Of a stretch of 37,161 nucleotides of DNA, positions 11,157-23,136 are shown in pieces; the stretch's first letter is position 1; each line of letters opens with the position of its first letter. The translations under genes were made by a program, and so were the position numbers. The notes beneath the pieces were generated by a model. The model did no database searches. It worked only from the letters and a program-made list of their open reading frames with translations, and was not told the DNA's origin. Source of the stretch: Tolypothrix carrinoi HA7290-LM1 (GTDB lineage: Bacteria > Cyanobacteriota > Cyanobacteriia > Cyanobacteriales > Nostocaceae); the NCBI GenBank assembly GCA_019358935.1, contig JAHHIK010000086.1:1-37161 (forward strand). Direction: 5' to 3'.

Positions 11157-11546
11157 TGGTTAGTGGATAGTGGTTAGTGGATGGTGGATGGGGGATGGGG
11201 GATGGTGGATAGTGGATAGTGGATAGTGGTTAGTGGTTAGTGGTTAGTGGTTAGTGGATAGTGGTTAGTGGATAGTGGATAGTAGATAGTAATTAGGTTA
11301 ATCAACAACCAACAACCAACAACCAACAACCAACAACCAACAACCAACAACCAACAAACAACAACTCACAACCAAAAACCAACAACCAACAACCAACAAA
11401 CAACAACTCACAACCAAAAACCAACAACCAACAACCAACAACCAACAACCAACAACCAACAACTCACAACCAACAACCAACAACCAACAACCAACAACTC
11501 ACAACCAACAACCAACAAACAACCAACCACTCACAACCAACAACCG
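11157..11546. repeat. Bipartite STRR array: (TAGTGGT/GGATAGT)n then (AACCAAC)n
   Basis: Directly visible heptamer arrays between kdpC and kdpD. Confidence 0.95.
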
Positions 11547-11547
11547 T

Positions 11548-12708
11548 ATGAACACTAAACTTTCAAATTCTGGAAGTTATTATCCTATACGTTCGGCGCG
11601 GCGGGGTAAACATAAAATATTTATTGGTATGGCTCCTGGTGTGGGCAAAACTTACCGCATGTTGGAAGAAGGACATGCGCTCAAACATGAGGGAATTGAT
11701 GTTGTTGTTGGGCTTTTGGAAACCCACGGACGTAAGGAAACGGCACAAAAAGCGCAAGGGTTGGAAATCATACCCCGTAAGGAAATTCCTCGCGGTGGAT
11801 TGACTTTGACGGAAATGGATACCGATGCAATTTTAGCGCGATGTCTAGCGACAAGCCGCTACGCGTCTACGCCTCAGCTAGTATTAATCGATGAACTCGC
11901 ACATACCAATGTCCCAGGTCAAGAGCGCGAAAAACGCTATCAAGATGTAGAAATCATTTTGGCAGCAGGCATTGATGTATACTCCACAATGAATATTCAA
12001 CATTTGGAAAGTCTCAATGACCTGGTAGCGCGAATTACTGGGGTGATAGTACGAGAACGAGTTCCCGATCGCATTTTAGATGAAGCAAATCAGATTGTTG
12101 TTATAGATGTAACACCAGAAACTCTGCAAGAACGCTTGCGAGAAGGCAAAATTTATGCACAACCAAAAATCCAACAATCCCTCGATAATTTTTTTCAACG
12201 CCGCAATCTGATAGCTTTGCGGGAATTGGCTTTGCGGGAAGTCGCAGACAACATCGAAGAAGATGCGATCGCCTCCACCCCCGCAGGACAATTCTGTAAT
12301 ATTCACGAGCGGGTTTTGGTGTGCGTATCCACCTATCCCAACTCAGTACAACTATTGCGTCGAGGGGCTAGGCTTGCTAATTATATGAATGCCCCCATTT
12401 TTGCTGTATTTGTCAAAGAAAAAGACCGCTTCCTTACCAAGGAGGAAAGTTTATATATTGAAACTTGTGAGAAACTGTGTAAAGAATTTGAAGGTACGTT
12501 TATTCATTTCAGCAGTAATGATGTGGCTAGTGCGATCGCAGAAGTCGCGAAACAATATCGCATCACCCAGATTGTAATTGGCGAAAGTCAGCGAACGCGC
12601 TGGCAAATACTCTGGAAAGGATCTTTAACACAAACGTTAGTCCGCTTGCTCAAAAACGTTGATTTACATATAATTGCCACTGAGAAAAACAATAGCACTC
12701 AGTTGTAG
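11548..12708 (+). CDS. kdpD: Short KdpD (N-terminal KdpD domain plus USP domain; no TM or histidine kinase domain)
   Basis: [39 protein letters not shown]-like C-terminus; stops at 386 aa. Confidence 0.93.
   Translation: MNTKLSNSGSYYPIRSARRGKHKIFIGMAPGVGKTYRMLEEGHALKHEGIDVVVGLLETHGRKETAQKAQGLEIIPRKEIPRGGLTLTEMDTDAILARCLATSRYASTPQLVLIDELAHTNVPGQEREKRYQDVEIILAAGIDVYSTMNIQHLESLNDLVARITGVIVRERVPDRILDEANQIVVIDVTPETLQERLREGKIYAQPKIQQSLDNFFQRRNLIALRELALREVADNIEEDAIASTPAGQFCNIHERVLVCVSTYPNSVQLLRRGARLANYMNAPIFAVFVKEKDRFLTKEESLYIETCEKLCKEFEGTFIHFSSNDVASAIAEVAKQYRITQIVIGESQRTRWQILWKGSLTQTLVRLLKNVDLHIIATEKNNSTQL
11843..11869. mobile_element. 27-nt small dispersed repeat inserted into a HIP1 site within kdpD
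   Basis: GCGAT[GTCTAGCGACAAGCCGCTACGCGTCTA]CGC; removal restores GCGATCGC and the sequence DAILARSPQLVL. Confidence 0.8.
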
Positions 12709-12785
12709 ATACGAACGAGCAATTACCCAAATCTTTTTGTATCTCCACTTTAATTAAAAATCCAAAATCTAAAATCCAAAATCGA

Positions 12786-14048
12786 ATGACTTATGTAATC
12801 GGTTTAATCAGTGGTACCTCGGTAGACGGTATAGACGCTGCCTTAGTAGATATTTCCGGCACAGATTTGGATCTGAAAATTGAGTTGTTAGCAGGTGAAA
12901 CATATCCTTACCCAGTCGAACTTAGAGAGCGAATTTTAGCAGTTTGTGCTGGAGAGAGCATCTCAATGGCAGAATTGGCAGAATTAGATGATGCGATCGC
13001 GATCGCTTTTGCCCAAGCTGCCCAAAATATCCAAAACGGTCACAAACCAGCTTCTTTAATTGGCTCCCACGGTCAAACAGTTTACCACCGACCACCTGGG
13101 GGAGAGGGGGGGACAAGGGAGACAAGGGAGACAAGGGAGACAAGGGGACAAGGGGAGAATTCTCAATCCAAAATCACGCCACGTGCTTCAAGTCGGCGGA
13201 GCCGCCCAACGCAGTGGCTCCAAAATCTAAAATCCAAAATCGGTTACAGTCTACAACTCGGACGCGGTGCTGTCATTGCTCATCTGACAGGCATTACCAC
13301 TATCAGTAACTTTCGCGCCGCTGATATTGCCGCAGGTGGTCAAGGTGCGCCCCTCGTACCTAGAGTAGATGCCTATTTGCTCAGTCATCCTCAAGAAGGG
13401 CGTTGTATTCAAAATATCGGCGGTATTGGTAATCTTGCTTATATACCACCTCGTCGTGACAACTGGCTCGAAAAAATTCTCGGTTGGGATACAGGTCCAG
13501 GAAACAGCTTATTGGATTTGGCTGTACATCATTTAACTGCTGGTGCGAAAACATACGATGAAAATGGCGACTGGGCAGCCAGTGGCACACCTTGCCATCC
13601 ATTAATAGAACAATGGCTAAATCAAGACTACTTTCATTTACCGCCGCCTAAATCCACCGGTAGAGAGTTATTCGGCGTTGCTTACCTGCATCAGTGTTTA
13701 AAAGACGCAGAAATATATCAACTCAGTTCTGCCGACTTGCTGGCAACTCTTACCGAACTAACCGCAGCTTCAATTGTTCACAATTACCGCACCTTTTTAC
13801 CGCAAATGCCACAGCAAGTATTTTTATGTGGTGGTGGTAGTCGCAATCTTTATTTGAAACATAGGTTGCAGATTTTGTTACAATCAATCCCCGTATTAAC
13901 CACAGATGAAGTCGGGTTGAGTGCCGATTTTAAAGAAGCGATCGCCTTCGCAGTTTTAGCTTATTGGCGAAACTTAGGCATTCCCGGCAACCTACCAACA
14001 GCCACAGGCGCCAGTCAAGAAGTTCTTCTAGGAGAAATTAATAGGTAA
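12786..14048 (+). CDS. anmK: Anhydro-N-acetylmuramic acid kinase with an in-frame repeat-derived insertion
   Basis: [60 protein letters not shown]. Confidence 0.96.
   Translation: MTYVIGLISGTSVDGIDAALVDISGTDLDLKIELLAGETYPYPVELRERILAVCAGESISMAELAELDDAIAIAFAQAAQNIQNGHKPASLIGSHGQTVYHRPPGGEGGTRETRETRETRGQGENSQSKITPRASSRRSRPTQWLQNLKSKIGYSLQLGRGAVIAHLTGITTISNFRAADIAAGGQGAPLVPRVDAYLLSHPQEGRCIQNIGGIGNLAYIPPRRDNWLEKILGWDTGPGNSLLDLAVHHLTAGAKTYDENGDWAASGTPCHPLIEQWLNQDYFHLPPPKSTGRELFGVAYLHQCLKDAEIYQLSSADLLATLTELTAASIVHNYRTFLPQMPQQVFLCGGGSRNLYLKHRLQILLQSIPVLTTDEVGLSADFKEAIAFAVLAYWRNLGIPGNLPTATGASQEVLLGEINR
13176..13220 (+). repeat. 45-nt ACG...CTC inserted element (copy 2), in frame inside anmK
   Basis: ACGCCACGTGCTTCAAGTCGGCGGAGCCGCCCAACGCAGTGGCTC within an AATCCAA/AATCTAA array. 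Confidence 0.8.
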
Positions 14049-14049
14049 T

Positions 14050-14250
14050 GGGTAATGGGGACAAGGGGGACAAGGGGGGCAAGGGGGACAAGGGGGACAA
14101 GGGGGACAAGGGGGACAAGGGGACAAGGAGGACAAGGAGGACAAGGAGGACAAGGAGGACAAGGAGGACAGAGGTAAATTTTGACTTTTAACTCCTAACT
14201 CTTAACTCCTAACTCCTAACTCTTAACTCCCCACTCCCCACTCCCCATCC
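14050..14250. repeat. Bipartite STRR array (GGACAAGGA/G)n then (TAACTCC)n
   Basis: Directly visible. Confidence 0.9.
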
Positions 14251-14302
14251 CTTAAACTGCGGCTATACTGTACTTAATTTGCCAAGGCAAGGATCGTACA
14301 AG

Positions 14303-14749
14303 GTGGCTCATACTTTTTTATTAGAACCAGGACGCTGGACAATGCAAGGAAATTGGCTGGAACGTAACGGAATGCCAATCAGCGTCAAGGGTATGACCTT
14401 GGTAGCTTGGAATCGAGATAACTGGTTCACGATGGCAACAAAGTTGATATTTCCAGCTAGCGATCGCTCTGACATTTCTTTCCTCTACAAAGGGTGTCTT
14501 CATGATGGAGAGCGTCAGTATACTTTTTTACTACAACATAATGTTTTGGGGCAGGTTGAAGGTGAAGGCTGGATTGCTCAAGATACAATTGTGCAGCGTT
14601 ACTGGGTATTAAGCGATCGCCAACGTCGTAGTGGCTTTGAAACTTTACACCGCATAAATAATGATAGCTACTACTTAACCAGTGGCATCCTTGCGGGTCA
14701 TTTTTTAACTAGCACAATGGAAGCCAGCCTAGAGCGTCAGCCTACATAA
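14303..14749 (+). CDS. Hypothetical protein, predicted beta-rich; likely GTG start
   Basis: Open frame of 148 aa with protein-like composition and two HIP1 sites. Confidence 0.75.
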   Translation: MAHTFLLEPGRWTMQGNWLERNGMPISVKGMTLVAWNRDNWFTMATKLIFPASDRSDISFLYKGCLHDGERQYTFLLQHNVLGQVEGEGWIAQDTIVQRYWVLSDRQRRSGFETLHRINNDSYYLTSGILAGHFLTSTMEASLERQPT

Positions 14750-14938
14750 TTGGGCACTGGTTAAGGGTTTACATTTCCATATTCCTTAAGCGCGATCGCA
14801 TTTTAGCAGAGTCTGTTCGTCAGACATTGCTTTGTTGAGCAATTAACAGTATAAACACTGTTAACTTTGTAAAAATTTTAAAGTTAAAAATATAAGTGAT
14901 ATATTCCTCCGACTAGTTTACCCAACCAGGAGCATTGA

Positions 14939-15595
14939 ATACCCGTAGGTCTGCCTGAATTCGTTGAAAATCCCGAAAACCGCTGCCCAGTTATTTTGTT
15001 ACTCGATACTTCTGGCTCTATGTACGGTCAGCCAATCCAAGAGTTAAATTGAGGGCTTGCGGCTTTCAAAGAAGATGTACTGAGAGATTCTCAGGCATCG
15101 TTGAGTGTAGAAATGGCGATCGTCACATTTGGACCTGTGCAGCTAACCCAAGACTTCACAACCATTGACCAGTTTACACTACCCAAGCTCGAAGCTAGTG
15201 GTGATACTCCGATGGGCGAGGCGATTGAGTACGCTTTGGATTTGTTAGAATATCGTAAATTTACTTATAAATAAAATGGCATTCTATACTATCGCCCTTG
15301 GATATTATTGATTACCGATGGAGCGCCAACCGATAGTTGGCAGTATGCAGCACAACGGCTGAAAGAGGCAGAAGCACAGCGCCGAGCCTTGTTTTTTCCC
15401 GTTGCTGTGCAGGGTGCAGATATGAACACCCTCAGACAAATTGCTCCGCCAGAACGTAGCCCTATAATGCTGAATGGCTTGGATTTTCGTTCTTTATTCG
15501 TTTGGCTCTCTACTTCCATGAAACGGGTTTCCAGCGGCAAAGTAGGGCAAGCTGTAGCCCTCCCATCTGTGGGATGGGGTCAAATTACCACCTAG
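14939..15595 (+). pseudogene. vWA-domain TerY-like protein, inactivated
   Basis: AGGAG RBS then ATA in place of a start codon; single frame [23 protein letters not shown] (MIDAS DxSxS), TPMGEA, ITDGAP; in-frame stops TGA 15050-15052 and TAA 15272-15274. Confidence 0.88.
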
Positions 15596-15611
15596 AATTT
15601 AAGGAGATTTT

Positions 15612-15905
15612 GTGGCTTGGAGAGCAGTTGCGCGTTTTGAGATCGGAACCAGTCATGAAAAGCAGCAGATGCTTTGTCAAGATTTTGGGGATTATCGCAT
15701 ATTGAATGATGTGATTGTCGGGGCTGTTGCGGATGGTGCTGGTAGTGCCAAACATTCTGATGTTGGGGCTAAGTTGGCAGTTGAGACGGTAGTTGGATAC
15801 TTGAGCAGAATTGATAAATATATCCACAAGCGGAAACGTTGCTGGGAAAGATTCTCGCAGCCATCTAAAGAACAAGCTAAAAGGCTATTTGCAAAGACGG
15901 GATAG
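15612..15905 (+). pseudogene. PP2C-like phosphatase of a TerY triad, N-terminal fragment only
   Basis: GTSH...CQD and AVADGAGSA motifs; ends after 97 aa without the DG/DD C-terminal motifs. Confidence 0.85.
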
Positions 15906-18073
15906 TTTGGCAAAGCGATCGCAACGGCTATGTAGCAAAAATTTACAAAACATCGCCAAAACTTGAGCATGTGCAGAAGCTAGAGGTGATGGTAGCGCAT
16001 CCAGCCAGAGAGCCAAACTCTCACCTCAACCATATTTCTTTTGCTTGGCCCAAGTCGCTGCTAAAAAATGCTAAAGGTAATTGTGTTGGTTTTTTGATGC
16101 CAGCGATCGCAAACGCTAAACAACTTATAGACGTTTACAATCCCCAGCGTCGTAAGCAGCAAAAACTTGAGGTAGATTGGCGTTTTCTCCATACAACAGC
16201 GCTGAATATCGCTTCAATTATCCAAGCAATTCACGCTGAAGGCTATGTATTGGGTGACATAAAGCCGACAAATATTCTTGTAAATAATCGCGCTTTGCCT
16301 TCGATTATTGACACAGATTCTTTTCAGGTTCGCAATCCCATCACAAATAAGATTTATCGCTGTGGAGTTGGTTCTGAAGGCTTTACACCCCCGGAACTGA
16401 TCGGAAAAGATTTCTCAACGATTGACCAAACGCAAGTACACGATCGCTTTCGCATAGCTCTGATTATCTATCATTTATTGTTTGGCGAAACTCCTTTCAA
16501 GGGAAAGTATATAGGGACGGGGGATGCATCAGAAGAACCTGAAGAACGAATCCGTCGAGGGTTATGGCTTTATGAACCAAACAATCTTATTCAGCCAGTA
16601 GCAAACACGATTCCTCTTAATATTGTCCATCGAGAGGTTCAGCAATGTTTTCTCAAATGCTTTAATAATGGGCATACACAACCTAATTTACGCCCAAGTG
16701 CAGGAGATTGGGTTAAAGCCCTAAAAATTGCTGTCAATGAGTTAACTGTCTGTGGAAAGTTTGATAGTCACTACTACAGCCGAACTTACGGCAATTGTTA
16801 TTGGTGCGAAAGAGAAAAGAAACTTGGAGTTGATGTTTTTCCTGGGGTTGCAAAACCGCAACTACAATCTAATGTTGCTGCACCAACTACCCAAACTAAC
16901 AATACAAGTATCAATCAAGTTAATGTACAAGTAGCTCAATCTTCTAACATTCCACTGATTGCAAATACTAATCAGGTTAATGCACAAGTAGCTCAATCTT
17001 CTAACAAAGCTAATAATTGTGAATATATTTTTAGCTTAATTTTCTTGGTTTTCTCAAATTTATTTATTATCAGCTTTACTCTACAACATTATACATCAAT
17101 GATTCTACAACACTATACATCAGATATAGGGATTTTTAATCTTATTAGCTTGATAATTTGGGCTTTATTAGCATTTATGATATGTATAGTAGGTGCTGTT
17201 GAAGACCCAGCAAAATTATCTTATGTGTCCAAAACTAATCTTGCAATAACTGTCCCTATCCTTGGAATTATTAACTGCTTTATAAATCCCGAATCTTTTC
17301 TCGCTGGATGGTGGTTGGTCTTTTTCATAGGTTTTGTAGTTACAGGCATATCATTACCCCAAGAAACTGCAAGCACTAATTCCACATTAAAAGTGTCACC
17401 AAAGCCTGCACTAATAAAAATCATTGAAGTTTTTACTATCATTTCTGTACTTGGATTAGCAGGATACACATATTCGACACGAGTATCCCCTTTTGATATA
17501 ACAGCTTTTACAACAGTTGTACTTCAACAAGATTTCAAGAATCATGATATTGGTAACTGGGTCTTCAGTGAAAACGCTGAGATAAAAGACGAAGCTTTAT
17601 TTCAACTCGTACCTGATAGAAATATAAGTCGATGGTCTAGCTGGGATCATTATGGTTCTTACAATTTGACACGCTTGCAAAATGTTGATTTATCAGCATA
17701 CGTTATAAAAGTAGATGGTCCTAATAGTGAAAATGTAAATTTTGGTTTAATTGCAAGAAGTGACAATAGTAACTTTTATTATTTAATGATTAATGGAAAT
17801 GGAGGTGTTGTATTCGGAAAACACCTGGCTCAAAATTGGCTCGACGAGGTAAAAGATATTAAGAATTCAGCCGTAAACACAGGTAACAGTATAAATCGAT
17901 TAAGAATCGTTTGTCATAGCAATATAATTACTGGATATATTAATGATAATATAATTGGAAGTTTTGAAGATAACTCAAATACCCACGGCAATATTGGATT
18001 TATTTCTTCAGGAGGTGATCCTGATGGTGCTGCTGTTTATTTCGACAATATACTTTTTAAATTTGAGCAATAA
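15902..18073 (+). pseudogene. TerY-triad (YegI-like) Ser/Thr kinase with zinc ribbon, TM helices and a C-terminal beta-rich domain; 5' end deleted
   Basis: Frame begins IVWQSDRNGYVAKIY upstream of GTG 15971 with no start codon or Gly loop; GDIKPTNILV, DTDSFQ, FTPPEL, CYWC; about 5 hydrophobic segments. Confidence 0.8.
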
Positions 18074-18122
18074 TATTTTTATAAATAATAATAGCAACCA
18101 GATAAAATATAATCGAATTTTA

Positions 18123-18353
18123 ATGATTATCTTAATTGACGCATTATCTCAGCAAGGAACTCAGGTTTTTTATTTAAATGGTAGAGAAATTTCGAGTAAA
18201 GAAACCTTTTTAAGAAAAGCTGCTGAAGCAATGAATTTTCCCGCTTACTTTGGGGTTAACTGGGATGCGTTTGATGAATGTATCACCGATTTAACATGGT
18301 GTCCTGCTGAAAGATATGTCTTATTGTATGACCGTCCAATCTTCAATTGTTAA
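18123..18353 (+). CDS. Barstar-family protein, probably C-terminally truncated
   Basis: FPAYFGVNWDAFDECITDLTW matches the barstar signature; 3' end overlaps the convergent PIN gene. Confidence 0.75.
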   Translation: MIILIDALSQQGTQVFYLNGREISSKETFLRKAAEAMNFPAYFGVNWDAFDECITDLTWCPAERYVLLYDRPIFNC

Positions 18354-18743
18354 ATTCGGAATTTTGCTAAAATCCTTATGGTTGCGTGTAACTACGATAC
18401 CATCAACCGAGAGAGCGATCGCGGCAATTCGTAAATCTCGCGTACCAACACGGATTTTTTGACGAACTAAATCTTGATAACAACTGTAAGCATCCTGGGT
18501 AAAATCTAGCACGTTAATGCTCTTGAAATCGTCCAATGTATCCTGTAACTTTATGTAAGCTGATACTAATGCGTCAGGCGAGGAAGCCCTTCTGATAGTG
18601 TCAAGCCTTCCTCGCAGTTGTTCTTCTGCTGTGATGATTGTTGTAGCAATGTCTTGAGGATTAACCGTATTAATGCGCTGGATTACAACAGGATGCCCTC
18701 TTTGAAGAAGAGATATATGATCCGTATCTAGTATCCACATCAC
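18321..18743 (-). CDS. vapC: PIN-domain (VapC-like) toxin
   Basis: ILDTDHIS, TAEEQLRG, DLRIAAIAL, VTRNHKDFSKIPNL acidic PIN motifs. Confidence 0.9.
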   Translation of the reverse strand: MMWILDTDHISLLQRGHPVVIQRINTVNPQDIATTIITAEEQLRGRLDTIRRASSPDALVSAYIKLQDTLDDFKSINVLDFTQDAYSCYQDLVRQKIRVGTRDLRIAAIALSVDGIVVTRNHKDFSKIPNLTIEDWTVIQ

Positions 18744-19117
18744 TTGACTTCATCCTCGGCATCAAGTTTACGGTAATATTCTTCCATTTCGGCATCTAGT
18801 TCACGGCGATCGGCTTCTATATATGCCAGCATCTCATCAAATTGCGGATCGTCTTTATACTTACCAGCAAATTTCATCCAGGGATGTTCGGCTTTGGGAG
18901 GTTCGATTTTCATAGAGACGATTTCGGCTTTAGCCAAACGCTCAGTCAAACGCTCATATAAACTTGTTAAAGCTTCTTCTTTAGTAGCACCTATGGCTTG
19001 ACAATCTGGCAAACCTATCACTGTCGCAAGAACCTTACCATCTTCTTGATTTTCAATTAGCACATCGTAAGTAAACTCTGAAGGCTTTTTGCTTGGAGTC
19101 AAAAGAGATAAATTCAT
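18740..19117 (-). CDS. HicB-like antitoxin
   Basis: VLIENQEDGKVLATVIGLPDCQAIGATKEEAL HicB-like fold; HPWMKFAG tail; 4-nt overlap with the PIN gene. Confidence 0.75.
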   Translation of the reverse strand: MNLSLLTPSKKPSEFTYDVLIENQEDGKVLATVIGLPDCQAIGATKEEALTSLYERLTERLAKAEIVSMKIEPPKAEHPWMKFAGKYKDDPQFDEMLAYIEADRRELDAEMEEYYRKLDAEDEVK

Positions 19118-19297
19118 TTCTATTGTTTATTTCAAAGGTTATCTTGATTCTACCTGACAAAAAGGTATATCACGCCGCCTTATTCTTGGGCAAAATAAAG
19201 GGATTTACGCGCTACAAGCGATCGCTACAATAGCTTTCAAGAAGTAATTTAGTAGCTTTGAGCAAAATGATTTTGCAAAGTGAAAATCGCAAAGCTC

Positions 19298-19331
19298 AGA
19301 ACCCCGGTTTCGCAGGAGAAACCGGGGTTCT
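19298..19331. repeat. Perfect 14-bp-stem palindrome (REP-like)
   Basis: AGAACCCCGGTTTC-GCAGGA-GAAACCGGGGTTCT. Confidence 0.75.
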
Positions 19332-19604
19332 TGTTGTTCACGCTCTTATGCGCGGATTGCTATAGTTACATTTGTCTCTTTTTCTCTGCCGATAGTGACA
19401 AGCATAGGGATAACAACCAAAAATTCCTAATGACTAATAATTATTGGGTGAAGATTGGGCAAAATAAATCCGAGTCAAAGCTCCCAATAGTACTAAACAT
19501 CAAAGTAAATATACTAATTGGTTTTTTTGATTCAACTTTCCAACCCGTATACTTACTTATCCAACGGATAGGTATTACACCCAATTATAGTTTTATTAAT
19601 TTCT

Positions 19605-21167
<1,563 letters not shown>

Positions 21168-21581
21168 GTGAATATTAATTTTTGTAAACAAAATATGTAA
21201 CTTGCAAGATATCGTTATAAAAAATATAAATAGTGAAGTTAAAAATCGATGAGCGCAAAATGTGGTTGGATTTACGCTGCGGTTTGCTCTCTTTGAGAAT
21301 CCAGCGAATGAATGTAAGTAAAAACGTGTGATTTTGGCTCTGGGTGCTGCAAAACAAATGTGATTAATTTGTTTAATGCACATGCAAAGCTAACCTCAAA
21401 ACTACAATCAGTTGAAACTACATCAAGAATGTAGTTATAATACTTTTCTGGTTGAGTTTTCGCTCTTTTAATTGTGTGATTTGAGTTGCCTATCGAGTTG
21501 ACGCCCCAAACATCCCCAGCTTTTTTCCTCCTTGGAACCGAGCAAGAGAAGGAGGTCGCCCACTGCGACACGAGAACTACT

Positions 21582-21779
21582 CTATGCCATAGCGGAACCT
21601 GAATCTAAGCCCCACTGATGCTTGAGAAGCTCTTTATAAGTTGCTTCACGCACTACCATCTGTTCGTAAAGCTTAACCAAAAAGTCTTGAGCTTGTTCGT
21701 GGCTCATGTGCTGCACTTGAGTAGCAAATGAGCGGATATTGAATTGCTGTTCCAAGGATAATTCGATTGGCTGACTCAT
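21582..21779 (-). CDS. nblA: Phycobilisome degradation protein NblA
   Basis: LSLEQQFNIRSFATQVQHMSHEQAQDFL...LLKHQWG is the NblA signature. Confidence 0.95.
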   Translation of the reverse strand: MSQPIELSLEQQFNIRSFATQVQHMSHEQAQDFLVKLYEQMVVREATYKELLKHQWGLDSGSAMA

Positions 21780-22137
21780 AATTAACTCCAAAAGACAACG
21801 AATACAGGTTATGTCGTTTACAGAAGCCCTAGACGGTTAGTAGATGGACATGGAACTGTCGTGCATTTGTTCCTCCATATTAAAAAAGATAACAATTGTT
21901 TGACAGGTTGCCCATACTCCAAGTTAGGTATTTTTTTTGTGATTTATCTTGCATCTACACCTACTGATATATAACTCAAGTCTGTTGAAGCAGATTTCGG
22001 AAATACTCAGAGGTTTGCAGGTGGCAATGGTATAACTTCCTTTTTTCGTTCCGGGAAAACGAGAGGATTAAAGGCTGTAATCGTGAATTATATTCGCGAT
22101 ACCAGAGAAAGTGCAAGATGTCAATTAACCAAATTAG

Positions 22138-22178
22138 ATAAATTTAGCCTTTGAAGTAAATCCAGAGGCTAAATTTAT
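22138..22178. other. 13-bp perfect inverted repeat upstream of nblA (terminator or operator)
   Basis: ATAAATTTAGCCT-N15-AGGCTAAATTTAT. Confidence 0.5.
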
Positions 22179-22244
22179 TTGTATCAAGTTGTAATGAAAA
22201 AAAAAGCTCAAGCTGAACAAAATGTTGAGTATATCTACTAACTG

Positions 22245-22391
22245 GGGAATGGCTAATGGGTAATGGGGAATGGGTAATGGGGATTTTCTTCAGGAGAAAG
22301 GGGAAAAGCTTAATTACCAATTACCAATTACCAATTCGCAATGCCCAATGCCCAATGCCCAATGCCCAATTCCCAATGCCCAATTCCCAAT
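22245..22391. repeat. Bipartite STRR array (GGGTAAT)n ... (TACCAAT/TGCCCAA)n
   Basis: Directly visible. Confidence 0.85.
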
Positions 22392-23117
22392 TTAATCGAG
22401 TGCGACGATGACAATGGTGATATTATCGTGTCCGCCTTGCTCTTTTGCGGCTTCAACTAAAGCGATCGCAGCTTTGTCAATTAAAGGGCTTTGTTGGAGG
22501 TAATAAGCAATTTTTTCATCGATAAGTTCTTCTGTCAGACCGTCACTGCACAATAGCAAGCGATCGCCTGATTGAATATCCAATTGTCTTACATCAACTT
22601 GATGCAAGTCTTCACGTCCCAAACAGCGCGATAAGACATGACGGAAGGGATGATTGCGGGCTTCATCTGGGGTGATGTCACCAACTTTAATTGCCCGTGC
22701 TACCCAGGTATGGTCTTCAGTTATCTGGGCTAATTTGGAATCGCGGAAACGGTACAATCTCGAATCGCCAACGTGAGCTGCCCAAGGTGGCTCTCCAGAG
22801 CGAAAAATCACCGCTACAACCGTTGTCCCCATATCAGCGCGTTCTTGGTGATCTTGCTGATCGTGCAAAATTGCATCATTTGCTTGGTTTAAAGCTTCCT
22901 CTAGCAATTGGGCGCAAGGCTTAGAAGAATCCCAATTTGCTGACAAATATGCCTTAATTTGCCCAGTTGCAATGCGACTTGCTTCTTCACCTCCCGCATG
23001 ACCACCCATACCGTCAGCAACGACGAAAAATCGCCCTTCTGGGTCAATATAGTAAGCATCCTGATTATTAGAACGAATAAGTCCGGGGTCACTAACACCG
23101 GTAAAGTTAAGTTTCAT
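22392..23117 (-). CDS. PP2C (PPM) Ser/Thr phosphatase; likely start MKLNF
   Basis: [45 protein letters not shown]. Confidence 0.95.
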   Translation of the reverse strand: MKLNFTGVSDPGLIRSNNQDAYYIDPEGRFFVVADGMGGHAGGEEASRIATGQIKAYLSANWDSSKPCAQLLEEALNQANDAILHDQQDHQERADMGTTVVAVIFRSGEPPWAAHVGDSRLYRFRDSKLAQITEDHTWVARAIKVGDITPDEARNHPFRHVLSRCLGREDLHQVDVRQLDIQSGDRLLLCSDGLTEELIDEKIAYYLQQSPLIDKAAIALVEAAKEQGGHDNITIVIVALD

Positions 23118-23136
23118 AAAATTTTGCAACCAACAA

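Noticed and set aside
11298..11483. 61-aa LVVGCW repeat ORF
   Set aside because: Reverse translation of the (AACCAAC)n array
15050..15052. In-frame TGA in the vWA gene as selenocysteine or programmed readthrough
   Set aside because: A second TAA stop, the lost start codon and the adjacent deletion point to ordinary decay
17955..18122. N-terminal extension of the barstar ORF
   Set aside because: Overlaps the kinase gene in another frame; barstar similarity begins only after ATG 18123
22181..22194. Possible NtcA site upstream of nblA (GTATCAAGTTGTAA)
   Set aside because: Mismatch to GTAN8TAC and no correctly spaced TAN3T on the nblA strand
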